64,000 nucleotides of DNA from Promethearchaeota archaeon (GCA_019057865.1 JAHLWP010000009.1:1-64000); one strand, 5' to 3'; positions 39,461 through 50,975 are shown, counted from the first letter of the stretch. The notes: a model not told the origin generated them from the sequence alone. Made by a program: numbers and translations.

Positions 39461-40000
39461 ATGGAAAAATCTAAAAATGATGATCCAGCTCAAGAGGATA
39501 TAGTTATATTACGAAAGAAAAAGAAAAGAAATCCATTCAGCCAATTTTTTCTAGACTTGAAAAAGGGCTTTAAAGGGTTTTCTGAAAAATCAGGGGAATT
39601 CTTCGTAGAAGTTGATAAAAATTTTCAAAATAATTTGAAAAAAATAAAAGCTTCGTGGAAAAAGATGATGAAGAATATAAAGGAGAGTGATCCTAAGTAT
39701 AAGCGTTATAAAAAACTAAGTATCAAATTAGAAAAGATGGAATATAAACTATCTAATATAAAAGATGATACTACAGAGATCAAACTGGAACTCTCTCTTG
39801 TTATATCTATGATTGAAACAATTATGGAGACTATGAGCGATATTGAGGACTATATGAAAGAAAATCTAGGTTCCGATTGGAAAATATTAAAGAATGCTTG
39901 GCAAAGATGCAAGGACGGAGAAATTTCAAAAGCAGAATTCATTAAGACTGGATTAACAAAAATAGGCAAAAAATTCGCAAGTATCTTTATTAGATTATAA
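39461..40000 (+). CDS. Hypothetical helical/coiled-coil protein
   Basis: 179-aa ORF with heptad-like middle region. Confidence 0.65.
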   Translation: MEKSKNDDPAQEDIVILRKKKKRNPFSQFFLDLKKGFKGFSEKSGEFFVEVDKNFQNNLKKIKASWKKMMKNIKESDPKYKRYKKLSIKLEKMEYKLSNIKDDTTEIKLELSLVISMIETIMETMSDIEDYMKENLGSDWKILKNAWQRCKDGEISKAEFIKTGLTKIGKKFASIFIRL

Positions 40001-40212
40001 AATATTTTTTTATTAATTAAAAATCCTGATTTATTTATCATTTAAAATCTTTATTTTGAAATGAAATGAATTTCTTTGAGTAATTATATTTTTAATCACT
40101 TGGTCATATTTATTGTAAAATTTGATATTTAGTTAAATAATTCTTTATAAAATTGTAAAGAATGTTCTTTACGCTTAAAGTTTAAATAAAATACTATTTT
40201 TAATAACAAGCT

Positions 40213-41232
40213 ATGGTTTTATTATCAGTTCTTTTTCTAATATTAGGGTTTATTGTGTTATATTTTGGTGCTAAATGTGTGATAATTGGACTTGAAAATA
40301 TTGCAGATCGCTTACATATTAGTCATATAATGGTAGGACTGACGATATTATCGATAGGGACTAGTTTACCAGAGATTTCTGTAAGCATAATGGGTGGTCT
40401 TGATAAGATTTTGGGCATTGATCCTAACATTGATGGAATAGTAATTGGAAATAAAGTTGGTTCTTTTTTGACTCAAATTACTTTAATCATTGGAATTTTA
40501 GCAGTAAGCCAACCGATTTTCGTTAGTAAGTGGGAATTGAGAAGAGAAGGTCCTATGCTCTTTATTTCCTTATTGATTTTTCTTTTTTTCGCCTTAGATA
40601 GAGTTTTTACTCAATTTGAAGCACTTTTAATGATAATAATATATTTCATTTATCTATCATTAGTAATTTGGAGTGAGAGGCGTCTAACAAAATCTAAACT
40701 AGAACTTACTTATATTGAAAAAGAACGCTTAGATACTGTAAGTTTTGAACCAATTGAGAGCCCTCATAAAATCTCATCAACATCTAAAGATATTGGTATT
40801 TTTTTGATAGGGCTTTTAATCCTATTATTCGCAGCAGAAATCACATTACTATCAGCACATGATTTATCAAAAGAATTTCATATTCCTGAAAATGTAGTTG
40901 GAATCATAATAGTGGGGTTTGGTACAAGTTTACCAGAACTAGTTGCTGATTTAACTGCTATAAGGAGAGGATCCTACGGAATCGCTGTAGGAGATATATT
41001 AGGTTCCAATATATGTGATATTTTATTAGCCACAGGATCAGGAGCAATAATCATAAATTTTAATGTTCCAAGGATAATTCTGGTTTTTGATATACCGGTT
41101 CTTTTTTTGGCGTTATTTATCGCGTTATATTTCTTATGGAGTGAAAAAACCTTAAAAAGATGGGAAGGAATACTATTAATTAGTTTTTATGGCGTTTATA
41201 CAATTTTGAAATTATCAATATTTCAAATCTAA
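40213..41232 (+). CDS. Ca2+/cation (Na+) antiporter, CaCA family
   Basis: Two GTSLPE repeats; GSNI motif. Confidence 0.9.
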   Translation: MVLLSVLFLILGFIVLYFGAKCVIIGLENIADRLHISHIMVGLTILSIGTSLPEISVSIMGGLDKILGIDPNIDGIVIGNKVGSFLTQITLIIGILAVSQPIFVSKWELRREGPMLFISLLIFLFFALDRVFTQFEALLMIIIYFIYLSLVIWSERRLTKSKLELTYIEKERLDTVSFEPIESPHKISSTSKDIGIFLIGLLILLFAAEITLLSAHDLSKEFHIPENVVGIIIVGFGTSLPELVADLTAIRRGSYGIAVGDILGSNICDILLATGSGAIIINFNVPRIILVFDIPVLFLALFIALYFLWSEKTLKRWEGILLISFYGVYTILKLSIFQI

Positions 41233-41408
41233 AGAATTAATTTTTTAGTAATAAATATTCTATTATTTTCTATTGGAAAGAAAACAGTTATATACTCTAA
41301 AAGCTAATACTTATTTCAAACGAAATCTAATAAAAAATCATTTAATGAGATATAAGTAACAACTTAAACATATCTTAAAAGTAAAAAAAATAAAGGTGTA
41401 AATATAAT

Positions 41409-41708
41409 ATGGCATATATAGTAATTACTGGAAAATTCCCAGGGCATATGGCTTCTGAAATTGGAAAAAGATTTCTTGATCTCCCCAAATTACCTGATTT
41501 TGTCAAAACTGAGCATGTTTTTAACTCTGCTGATGGGAAATACAGATTTTTTTCAATTTATGAAATCACAGAGGAAGATAAATATTTTAAAGCATTAAAA
41601 GCAATTTACACGAGATATGCTGGATATAAAGATATTGAAGGATATGAATATACTGTGCACCCTGTTTTAGAAGCTAAAGATGCTCTTAGAATAATAGGAC
41701 TAGGTTAA
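41409..41708 (+). CDS. Hypothetical protein
   Basis: 99 aa; AGGTG RBS; followed by T-tracts. Confidence 0.7.
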   Translation: MAYIVITGKFPGHMASEIGKRFLDLPKLPDFVKTEHVFNSADGKYRFFSIYEITEEDKYFKALKAIYTRYAGYKDIEGYEYTVHPVLEAKDALRIIGLG

Positions 41709-41742
41709 TCTTAAATTAATTTTTTTTAAAAAACTTTTTTTT

Positions 41743-42189
41743 TTAAATTAGGTTTTTTTCAATGAAATTATACAATCCATCAGGATATAGAGGGCGATTT
41801 TCTTGTTTAATTTCATTTAAACTTTTCCAGTAAGCATTAAATTTAGTTTGGTTTTCATCATCCTCTTGAACTATGAGATTTTTTTCATATAAAGAAGTAT
41901 CAACTAAAGTTCCATCAAAGACCAATACAATCTCATGACCAATCTTTCCCTCATACGTAAAAATGTTCTCAAATATTGTTAAAAACTTTAAATCTTTTAC
42001 TTCGGCTTGTATTTCCTCTCTAATTTCTCTTTTTACTGCTTGTTCTCCATATTCACCAAATTCTATTGCTCCTCCTAAAGGTCTATAAAAGATTTCATCC
42101 TTTCCTTTATCATATCCTTCAAAAACAAGAATCTTTTCATTATAGTAGAATAAGCATATAACAATTGGTCTTATCTCCCTCCAACTCAT
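41743..42189 (-). CDS. NUDIX hydrolase
   Basis: GGAIEFGE...AVKREIREE. Confidence 0.9.
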   Translation of the reverse strand: MSWREIRPIVICLFYYNEKILVFEGYDKGKDEIFYRPLGGAIEFGEYGEQAVKREIREEIQAEVKDLKFLTIFENIFTYEGKIGHEIVLVFDGTLVDTSLYEKNLIVQEDDENQTKFNAYWKSLNEIKQENRPLYPDGLYNFIEKNLI

Positions 42190-42262
42190 TGTTGTATCAC
42201 TATATACTTTGAATAATTAAAAGTTAAAAAAACCTGTGTTTTTTCAGACCTAAGAAAAAAAA

Positions 42263-43792
42263 TCAATAAGGACAACTTAAATCACCGCCTAACCAATCTC
42301 CCGTTAGACCATAAGCAGTTAAGCGACAACCTCCACATAATCTATTCATATTGCATCTTGAGCATTTTCCACTAACACTTTTACGATTTCTTATTCGTTT
42401 TAAGATAGGGTGCTTAGTCCAAATATTATATAAACCTTCTTTCAAAATGTTTCCTAATTTAATATGACCTGCAGGAGCACAAGGAATTATATAACCATCA
42501 CAATCTAATCCACAGTAGAATAATCCTGTAGCGCATCCACTAAAAAACCTATTAAGTCGATGAAGTAATTCTGCTGTATTGCTTTTAAATAAATTCTGGT
42601 ATTTTGCTTCATTACCAGTTAAAATTTCACAAAGGGGATAATAGTTTCCTTGACTTAAGTCATAGCAAGTTTTACTAAAGTATGGCATACCTCTTCCTAA
42701 CACTTCTAATGCAAAATTATTATGAATATTTTCTATAAATTTTTGTGCCATAAACCTCATAACTTTCCGTTTAATATCTTTACTAACATCATGCTCCAAA
42801 TAATATTGCCCTCTGCCTACTGGTAAAATGCGAGAAATATAGTACCTTGAAATACCTAAATCCTTGACAAAATCATAAATTAATGGAATTTCCTTATAAT
42901 TAAAATCTGCTAAGGTGGTATTAATGATCAATTCATCAAATTTTCCAAATTCAACAGCATTATTTATCCCATTAATAGCCATATTAAATGCTCCTGAAAC
43001 ATTTCGTAATGAATCATGTTTCTTGGCAGAGATACTATCTAAACTTATTGAAACACTATGTACTCCTACATCATATAACTTTTGACATAAAACTTTAGTT
43101 AATAATGTAGCATTAGTAGATATTGAGGGTTAAATACCATTTTTTTGAGTATAGTTAATGACTTCGAGTAAATCATCCCGAGTTAATGGTTCACCACCAC
43201 AAAAGTTCACAGTAACAACATCATTGGCTGCTAAAATATCAATAACTTTTTTAGCATCCTCAGTCGTAAGCTCGTTTTTTGATTGTTGATTAAAAAGTGA
43301 ATCTGAAAAGCAATGAGAACATTTTAAATTGCATTTTTTAGTGTAGTTCCAGACGACACTTAATGGTGCTCCAGTTACAAATGGTATTCTAAAACCAAAT
43401 AAAGCAAATCCTTTAAAGATATTCTTTAATACCCTGCGAAATGTTGTATTTGCTGTGAAACTATAAAGAGTCTGAGAATCAATTTTATTAAGGGATAGCC
43501 ATCTAAGCATGACAAATTTAAAGATTTTTGCTTGAGTTCGACAGTTAAAGCAAAGCTCGTTATCTTTTTTGGAAATATAATCCAAAATTGAATCAAATCG
43601 ACTAGAACCACACTTATTACAATCTTTAGTGAGATTTCTCCCAAAACCTTGCATTGATTGTTTGAGTAATGGAAAAGAAAGTGGATTTACCATGTTATTG
43701 ATATTTATTGATTTATACTTATTATTTTTTGTTATTCTCTTGACAAAGTAGTATATACTATTATCCAATCTCCATTGAGAATTCTTTCTCAT
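42263..43792 (-). pseudogene. Radical SAM/SPASM enzyme with N-terminal Cys motif, split by in-frame TAA at 43130-43132
   Basis: CNLKCSHC and GGEP, then NGI*PSISTNAT continues in frame to SPASM CxxC...CGGCR...CP. Confidence 0.85.
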
Positions 43793-43914
43793 TAAAACCT
43801 AATAATAAGTCTTATAATTGAAATAGCATACCTGACGAATTAAATAATACTCGGAACGAAAAAAAAAAGATTTTTATAAAAAGGGGATGAATTCTTATTT
43901 AATCAGTTTCCTTC

Positions 43915-44298
43915 TCATTCTCTTGCCAAAGCAGCGCGAGCCTTGTCTAAGTCATCGACTCCGAGAACTATTCTGTTATTCTCAGCAAGGTAGATTAGGT
44001 CAATGTTAACGCCAGCATTACCTATTTTACGAGCCATTTTCCCTCCTGTGCCCGGTTTCCCTGCAATATTACCAATATCCAAAACGAGTACTTCACGCAC
44101 AGCACGTACTTCAAAACCAGCGTCTTCGAGTACCCAGCGGGCGGTGGTTTCATCTTCTACCAAAAGATGAATAATGCCTTCATTTTTTTGGGGAAATCCA
44201 CATAGTCCTTCCATATTGATGCCATTTTTGCCTAGAGTCTCCCCCATATCAGCTAGCATACCCGGTTGATTTTTTAAAATAACAGTTAAATCTTTCAA
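43915..44298 (-). CDS. ACT-domain protein
   Basis: NQPGMLA and AGVNIDLIY motifs. Confidence 0.85.
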   Translation of the reverse strand: MKDLTVILKNQPGMLADMGETLGKNGINMEGLCGFPQKNEGIIHLLVEDETTARWVLEDAGFEVRAVREVLVLDIGNIAGKPGTGGKMARKIGNAGVNIDLIYLAENNRIVLGVDDLDKARAALARE

Positions 44299-44397
44299 TA
44301 TTTTTGTCCTCCTATTTTTACTTTTTTTATTTATTAAATCTTATCTTGTTTTTTTAGAAACTAAAAATATCCTTAAAATAATAGGATTTGATTAAGA

Positions 44398-44622
44398 TTA
44401 TTCTTCACGAAATTTTATTAATAATATCACTCCTACACAAACAAGAATAACACTAGCTACTATACTAACTACTAGTATATTAGTCATAACAACTTTAATA
44501 AGCTTTTTTGGCATGTCCATCTGTTCATATAAACGAGGAAATACGACGAGAGATATAAACATTGATACAAGTTCACCACCTGCTACTCCAAACAAAATAA
44601 ATCCTATATTCTTCTTTTTCAT
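44398..44622 (-). CDS. Small two-TM membrane protein
   Basis: Two hydrophobic segments. Confidence 0.55.
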   Translation of the reverse strand: MKKKNIGFILFGVAGGELVSMFISLVVFPRLYEQMDMPKKLIKVVMTNILVVSIVASVILVCVGVILLIKFREE

Positions 44623-44740
44623 TCTACATTACCAATTATTATTATTCTAAATTTTTCTCGTTAAACGTAAATAGATTTTTATGTAAAAAGATTATGAATA
44701 GACATATAATATTTTTTGTTAAATTGGAAAGAAAATAAAG

Positions 44741-45388
44741 TCAGGTTTCTTTATACCATTTACTAATTAAATTATGCTTTTTAATATATCTAAGAAGATA
44801 AACGGCGATAACAGCCGTAATTAAGGTTTCAATAAACCATATAAGTTGATATACTGTTAAATCAGCGTCTATTTGGTTTTGCCCAATATTAATGGTACCA
44901 AAATCTTTTATAGAGTAAAGTAATATCTCAGGAGATTGCATAATTATCGGAAAAAAGATCTCTATAGTTTCATGTGCGGGGAGATCGAGTAAAAGATGTG
45001 TTAATCCTCCTATCAATGCAGAATAAGATGCAACAATAAAAAATTTTCTATTATATTTTTTTTTCTTTAAGTTATCCCAGTCATCTATGCCAAAATATTT
45101 TAAAGGTTTAGCTAAAATTCCATTTCTCTTTGTCAGGTTAGCGTAAATTGGTCCAATATATGTACAAAATAGCATTGTTAAAATAAGTGTTAAAGGTAAA
45201 GTAATTAATAATAACCCCAATAGACTATGAGTAATATTTCTAAATGTGAACGGTAAAAACGGGTCAAAAATTACATTGACGTCAGGAACTAATGTACTAA
45301 TACATAAAGCTGTTCCATCAAATTTTTTTGGATATTTTACTTTTAATATCAATCCCGGTGCTTGGTGAGATAATATTCCGCTTGGCAT
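44741..45388 (-). CDS. DUF4184-like membrane metal-dependent hydrolase
   Basis: SH, VPD, THS and THLLLD motifs. Confidence 0.7.
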   Translation of the reverse strand: MPSGILSHQAPGLILKVKYPKKFDGTALCISTLVPDVNVIFDPFLPFTFRNITHSLLGLLLITLPLTLILTMLFCTYIGPIYANLTKRNGILAKPLKYFGIDDWDNLKKKKYNRKFFIVASYSALIGGLTHLLLDLPAHETIEIFFPIIMQSPEILLYSIKDFGTINIGQNQIDADLTVYQLIWFIETLITAVIAVYLLRYIKKHNLISKWYKET

Positions 45389-45418
45389 CTGATTATTATA
45401 CTCTTTCTATTGTTATTT

Positions 45419-46231
45419 TTACTTAATTAAGACTTTCACTTTTTTACGAGAGCGTGGAGGGGAGCGTAGATATTTTATATCTGGATAACCTATTGCCATT
45501 ACTCCCCAACTTTTACCTCTGATCCCTGCGAGTTTAGTTAATCTAGGATTAATTTCAAAAGCTATTTGTGTCCAACCATTCCAACACGTGCCTAAACCAA
45601 GTGCTTGAGCAGCTAATCGTCCATAGGTAATTATATTCCCAATATTAAAATGTTCAAAAGTAGTTTTACCTAAAGAGTATACAATTATTATATGTGGTGC
45701 ATCATAATAAAGAGGATACTCATAAATCTTTTTTCTAATTTCATATGATTCCGCAAAATGTGATTTAGTTGATGGATTTTTAAGAAGTTCTTCTATAATT
45801 GCATCAGATAAAGCTTTTAGCTGTTCTGGGTCAGACAAAATTACAAATTTCTCCCCTCTTAGATTTGCAGCAGTAGGAGCACATTCCATTGCTTTAATAA
45901 CTTTTTGTAAGGTCTCTTCAGGTACTTTTTTGTGTTTATAAAATCTAATTGAACGATTTGCTCGTAGAAAGTTATACATTTTTTCATATGGTATATAATT
46001 TGGTAAATTTACTATTCCATCAAATGTATAAGGTTCATCTCCTAAATTTTCATATAGGATTGCTTCTTGAGGGCATATTGCAATACAATGACCACATAAC
46101 GAACAAGATCCAAAAGAATCATTAAAGATAATTTTCTCTTGTTCTTTATCTTGGCTGTATCTTCTCGGACATACCCTTACACATAATCCACAATTTGTAC
46201 ATTTAACATTATCAATTCCTACTATTGGCAT
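45419..46231 (-). CDS. Nitroreductase with N-terminal 2x[4Fe-4S] domain
   Basis: Two CxxCxxCxxxCP motifs; RSIR, APTA and GLGTCW. Confidence 0.9.
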   Translation of the reverse strand: MPIVGIDNVKCTNCGLCVRVCPRRYSQDKEQEKIIFNDSFGSCSLCGHCIAICPQEAILYENLGDEPYTFDGIVNLPNYIPYEKMYNFLRANRSIRFYKHKKVPEETLQKVIKAMECAPTAANLRGEKFVILSDPEQLKALSDAIIEELLKNPSTKSHFAESYEIRKKIYEYPLYYDAPHIIIVYSLGKTTFEHFNIGNIITYGRLAAQALGLGTCWNGWTQIAFEINPRLTKLAGIRGKSWGVMAIGYPDIKYLRSPPRSRKKVKVLIK

Positions 46232-46470
46232 CTTAATTTTCCTCCTACTTTTAAACTATAAAAGAAGCTTTGTTCTAATAATTTCCTAAAATATAATGTA
46301 TGTCTTAAAAAATTATTAATTTTATGATATGGAAGGTCTAGTAATACAGAATATAATTCCAATATAAAAAACAACTAACATTGCAAGGATTTTTTCAGTA
46401 AACCTAAAATATAAGGCTTAATTATTTTGTTACTTGATTTTTTATTAAAAAAAAAACATAACGAAATAAT

Positions 46471-47394
46471 ATGACACAAAAGAGAGAAAAAGTTAAATGT
46501 CCAGTATGTGGTTCTAAATTTATTCCTGAATCTTTTCATTTTGAAAAAACAAGTTTTGATCAAGTAGAATCTAAAGGAGAGCTTGTAGAATTTCCAAAAG
46601 GCTCTCATCAGCTTGAAGTTAAACCATTCACATCAATCCGGGGTTCATTTGTAACTTATTGTCCTCAATGTGGATATCTGATAAAATTTGCATCAGAAAT
46701 TGGTAGAAAAGAAATAGTAGAAGAACCATCTCGCATAAAAAAGCGGGGTTCATTTAAGGAATTTGGGCAATCATATAAATATAAGTTTAACCCACGTGAA
46801 AAACCCTATATGGATTATTCAGATTATTTTATAGAAAAAGTTGATAATATTAAAAAAAAAATTAAAAATGCATTAGATGAAATAAATTTTGCTCAATGGG
46901 GAAGTTCATATAGCAAATGGAAAGAAGATAAATCTATAGATTCGTTCAAATTCTTAATACACTTTTATTCAACTTTAGTAGACTATTTGGATTCCCAAAT
47001 TGAGAATCATAGTAATAAATCAATGGTACAAAAAATAGAGGAATTAAATGTATCTAAAAGTCTTGAACTATTGATTAAAAAAGTAGGAGAATTAAGGAAT
47101 AAAATAGCTCATGAAGTCTATGAACTAAATGAAGAGGAAGAAGATTTAGTTGAGAGAACCTTTACTCAATTTATGAATTATCTAGTAATGAAGCAATTAA
47201 ACCCTCTAAATTTGGATAAGATTAAGATTGAACCTGAATATTTCTTTATTGATATTAATAAAATTAAATATGAAATTCAGGAGTTTTTAAATTTGTATTT
47301 AGGGAATTTGTTGCCTTTAAAGGAGTTTTATAATAATTTCTTAATTCCATTATTAGAGGAACTTGGAGTTAGAATCCCTAATTATAATCCTTAA
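46471..47394 (+). CDS. Zinc-ribbon plus putative HEPN-like domain protein
   Basis: CPVCG...CPQCG and LRNKIAH. Confidence 0.6.
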   Translation: MTQKREKVKCPVCGSKFIPESFHFEKTSFDQVESKGELVEFPKGSHQLEVKPFTSIRGSFVTYCPQCGYLIKFASEIGRKEIVEEPSRIKKRGSFKEFGQSYKYKFNPREKPYMDYSDYFIEKVDNIKKKIKNALDEINFAQWGSSYSKWKEDKSIDSFKFLIHFYSTLVDYLDSQIENHSNKSMVQKIEELNVSKSLELLIKKVGELRNKIAHEVYELNEEEEDLVERTFTQFMNYLVMKQLNPLNLDKIKIEPEYFFIDINKIKYEIQEFLNLYLGNLLPLKEFYNNFLIPLLEELGVRIPNYNP

Positions 47395-47522
47395 AGATTT
47401 TTTTTATTGAAATTTGTTAACATTTCTGAATGTTTGCAAACTCATGACAATTAGAGAAACCAATGAAGGAAAACCAAAACTCAATTTTGAATTTAAAGTT
47501 TAATTTGTTTAAATAAATAATT

Positions 47523-47948
47523 TTACTCAAATGCCTGAGGGATCCATGTAGAATGGCCCTTAACAATCTTATACTTATTTACTATATCTTGATGAATCTT
47601 TTTTAAATTATTAAAGAAATCTTCGCCATATAATGGAATTCCTTCCTTCATAGCAAATAAACTAGTGCAGTGTCTACTTTTAATCATTGAAATGAATTCA
47701 GATGGGGTAAATCCTAGAGGTTCAATGGGGTCATATGTTTCTATTAGTTCAAATAATAAAGTAGCTCTTTGATAATAATCTTTTGGAAGGTTTGAACTAA
47801 TAACAATTATATCAATGTCGCTTCTTTGATTAAAATCTCCTCTTGCGAGAGATCCATATAAGATAATGCACTTCGGATTTAAGGTACTAATCACGTTGTT
47901 ACAGAATTTTTTTATTCCTTTTCTGAAAATTTTTTTAGGTTCTTTCAT
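47523..47948 (-). CDS. Nucleotidyltransferase (MNT)
   Basis: YGSLARG...SDIDII. Confidence 0.9.
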   Translation of the reverse strand: MKEPKKIFRKGIKKFCNNVISTLNPKCIILYGSLARGDFNQRSDIDIIVISSNLPKDYYQRATLLFELIETYDPIEPLGFTPSEFISMIKSRHCTSLFAMKEGIPLYGEDFFNNLKKIHQDIVNKYKIVKGHSTWIPQAFE

Positions 47949-48340
47949 TTCTTTAGTCCTTTAATGAAATTCATTATTATTTGAGCATTTTCTAATGCTT
48001 CTTTTGCAATATTTTCATCGTGGTATTCATACGGGGATCCAGATGAGTGAGCATTCGGATATCGTGAAGGGATGTAATGTAAATCCAATTTTTTACTAGG
48101 AGTTAATATTTCAGAAATATCATATTTCTGGTCTTTAAGGTCTTTAATCAGTTTAGTTAAAGAATGACCAAAAGGAGTAAGTCCCAATCCATATAGAAAC
48201 CCTTTAAGTGCAAACTCTGCTGCTTGTTGGCATTTAAAGCAACACCAGTTATAAAATTTATTTTCTTTGTCAATTAAAGCGGATTTGTAAGTATTTTCAG
48301 CTTCTTTCATCCATCTATTATATTCATCATCATCAAACAT
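47945..48340 (-). CDS. HEPN-domain protein
   Basis: QQAAEFALK, HSL and YIPSRYP motifs. Confidence 0.9.
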   Translation of the reverse strand: MFDDDEYNRWMKEAENTYKSALIDKENKFYNWCCFKCQQAAEFALKGFLYGLGLTPFGHSLTKLIKDLKDQKYDISEILTPSKKLDLHYIPSRYPNAHSSGSPYEYHDENIAKEALENAQIIMNFIKGLKK

Positions 48341-48485
48341 TATTATTCACTAGATATAAAATAATTGTAATAAATTTGTTTATCAACACACAAATTTTAG
48401 TTTTTAAATAGATTAATTTTTATTTTCTTGATTATAAAAGTTATAATTAGTTTTAAATAACTATGAAAAAAATATTAATTAGATT

Positions 48486-50051
48486 ATGAATGAAATTCAA
48501 GAAAATTTCCAGTCTGTTACAGAATTTCGTCTGACCAAGAAGAAATTCCTTCTTAATTTGATAAAGTTACTCCCGAAAATGAGAAAAATTAGGAAGAGAG
48601 CCGAAAAAATTTTATCTGAAATTAAAATCCCAAAGTTAGAAGTAAAAGCACCTGCTAAAGATATTATTCAGAAGGATTTAGAAGATATTTGTAAGGTTCC
48701 ACACCGGAGGATAGGAACCAAGGAAGCTCATGAAATTGAAGATTTTTTGGTGAGTAAACTTCAAGAATTAGGATTGGAATCTGTTAAGAAGGAATCACTT
48801 GATATTATAAATTGGAGTGCTACTAACTGGCTATTAATGGTATCAACGAAAGATGAAAAAATTGAAGTCCCATGCTTTTATGTACTTAATACAGGATTTA
48901 CTAAAGATAATGGTATAACGGCTCCATTGGTCTATGTTGGAACTGGACAAGATAAAGACTTTAAAGAAAAAGATGTCCAAGATAAGATTGTAGTTGCAGA
49001 TATTGAATGTCCAACTTTACCTTTAGGCAAATTAATAAACATAGCAAAGCCATATTATGTTTCTGATCCCTCAAATTCAATTGATAAAACTACTGAAATG
49101 ACTTTAACTTTTGCTTTAATAAATTTTCCTCCTCAAGCTTTAGGTGGAAAAAGAAGAGAGGATTCTGTCTATTGGAAAGCATTCGATAGAGGAGCATTGG
49201 GATTAATCTTAATTCTAAGGGATTATTCTTCAAATATTAATAGTCATTGGGGCCCCTATGATGGAGTTATGAAACCTCTTCCTGCATTATACGTAGGGAA
49301 ATATGACGGAATAAAAATTCGAGAATTAGCACAAGAGGAACATTCTCAAGGTACAATAATCCTTGAAGGATTTAAAGAACCAAGTGTAGCTCATAATATT
49401 TGGGGCATTTTACCTGGAAATTCAGAAAAAATGATAATGATTTCCAGTCATCATGATTCAGCTTTTAAAGGAGCATCAGAAGATGGAACTGGAGTAGCTA
49501 TGGTATTAGCTCAATTAAGAGCTTGGTCAAAAATTCCTAAGAAAGAAAGACCGAGATCTTTATTGTTTTGTTTATCAGCAGGACATCTATATGCAGGGAT
49601 AGGAGCTGAAACTTTTGCACGCAAATATAAAAACACAATATTAAAAAACGTATTGGTTGATGTAAATTTAGAGCATTTATGCGCGAAAGAAGTTATAGAA
49701 GACCAAGAGACTCATAATTTCAAACTAACAGATAATTTAGCCTTGGGGGCTGTTTTTTTATCACAAAATGAAAACTTAGTTGCACAAACTATTAAGGCAT
49801 TTAAAGAATACAAGATTGAAAGAATGATATTAATTCCAGATAATTTTTTCGCAACACCTCCAATAGGAGAGGCAGGACATTTTGCAACTCAAGGAGATTT
49901 AAAAGTGATTCAGTGGATTCGATCTCCATATTACTTACTTACAGCCGAAGATACATTAGATAAAATTGATATAAATAAATTACATCCTACTGCTCAATGT
50001 ATAACTGATTTGATCAATTCCTTGATGTTAATGCCACAAGAGAAATTTTAG
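48486..50051 (+). CDS. M28-like peptidase with PA domain, atypical metal ligands
   Basis: PHRRIGT, SSHHDS, EDGTG and NLEH motifs. Confidence 0.75.
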   Translation: MNEIQENFQSVTEFRLTKKKFLLNLIKLLPKMRKIRKRAEKILSEIKIPKLEVKAPAKDIIQKDLEDICKVPHRRIGTKEAHEIEDFLVSKLQELGLESVKKESLDIINWSATNWLLMVSTKDEKIEVPCFYVLNTGFTKDNGITAPLVYVGTGQDKDFKEKDVQDKIVVADIECPTLPLGKLINIAKPYYVSDPSNSIDKTTEMTLTFALINFPPQALGGKRREDSVYWKAFDRGALGLILILRDYSSNINSHWGPYDGVMKPLPALYVGKYDGIKIRELAQEEHSQGTIILEGFKEPSVAHNIWGILPGNSEKMIMISSHHDSAFKGASEDGTGVAMVLAQLRAWSKIPKKERPRSLLFCLSAGHLYAGIGAETFARKYKNTILKNVLVDVNLEHLCAKEVIEDQETHNFKLTDNLALGAVFLSQNENLVAQTIKAFKEYKIERMILIPDNFFATPPIGEAGHFATQGDLKVIQWIRSPYYLLTAEDTLDKIDINKLHPTAQCITDLINSLMLMPQEKF

Positions 50052-50135
50052 AACTAAAGTAAAATGACCCCCTATGATTATGAATTATATATATATCAAA
50101 TTAATTATAAAACCAAGTTTGGAGGTAAATAAGAA

Positions 50136-50927
50136 ATGCCAAAAGCTAAAGTTAATGGTTTTAATTTATATTACGAGATTCACGGTGAAGGTTTTCCGCT
50201 TTTAATGATTCTAGGTTTATCTGAAAATGTTTATTGGTGGGATCCTCCTCTTATAGAAGAACTTTCAAAGAGCTTCAAAGTAATTGTATTTGATAATAGA
50301 GACGTTGGACGGAGTGATAAAACTGAAGGTGAATTGACATGTAAAATGATGGCTGATGATATAGTTGGATTAATGGACGCTTTAGATATCAATAGGGCAC
50401 ATATTTTAGGTCATTCTATGGGTGGTTATATCTCTCAAGAGTTAGTTCTTAATTACCCTGAGCGAGTTGAAAGACTTATTCTTTGTTCTTCAGGTTGTGG
50501 TGGTTCAAAAGCACCTCTAATAAATCCTAAAACGCTGCGTTTTTTAATGAAATTATCTCGACGAGAGCATACAAGAAAATTGGTTGAAGAAGGGGTGCCG
50601 CATATGTTCTCAGATGATATTATAAAGAATAATCCTGAGTATATAGACAAAAAAATTGACGATATACTCATAATTCCAACGGGTCCAGATGTTTTTAAGC
50701 GGCAAATAGCTAGTTTTAATTCATATAGGCGATTGAAAAACATAAAAGTACCTACTTTAATACTACATGGTAAGAAAGATATTATTTTACCCCCTGGAAA
50801 TGCTGAAATCTTTGCAGAAAAAATATCTGGGGCAAAACTCATATATTTTGAGAATAGTGCACATATGATATTTATGGAGGAACCAGTAAAATTTGCAGAG
50901 ATAGTACTTGAATTTCTTAAAGGATAA
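50136..50927 (+). CDS. Alpha/beta hydrolase
   Basis: DNRDVG, GHSMGG, HGKKD and SAH motifs. Confidence 0.9.
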   Translation: MPKAKVNGFNLYYEIHGEGFPLLMILGLSENVYWWDPPLIEELSKSFKVIVFDNRDVGRSDKTEGELTCKMMADDIVGLMDALDINRAHILGHSMGGYISQELVLNYPERVERLILCSSGCGGSKAPLINPKTLRFLMKLSRREHTRKLVEEGVPHMFSDDIIKNNPEYIDKKIDDILIIPTGPDVFKRQIASFNSYRRLKNIKVPTLILHGKKDIILPPGNAEIFAEKISGAKLIYFENSAHMIFMEEPVKFAEIVLEFLKG

Positions 50928-50975
50928 TTAATTTGTCTTTTTCCAATAGTTAAACGAAACCGTAATGAATCTGAA

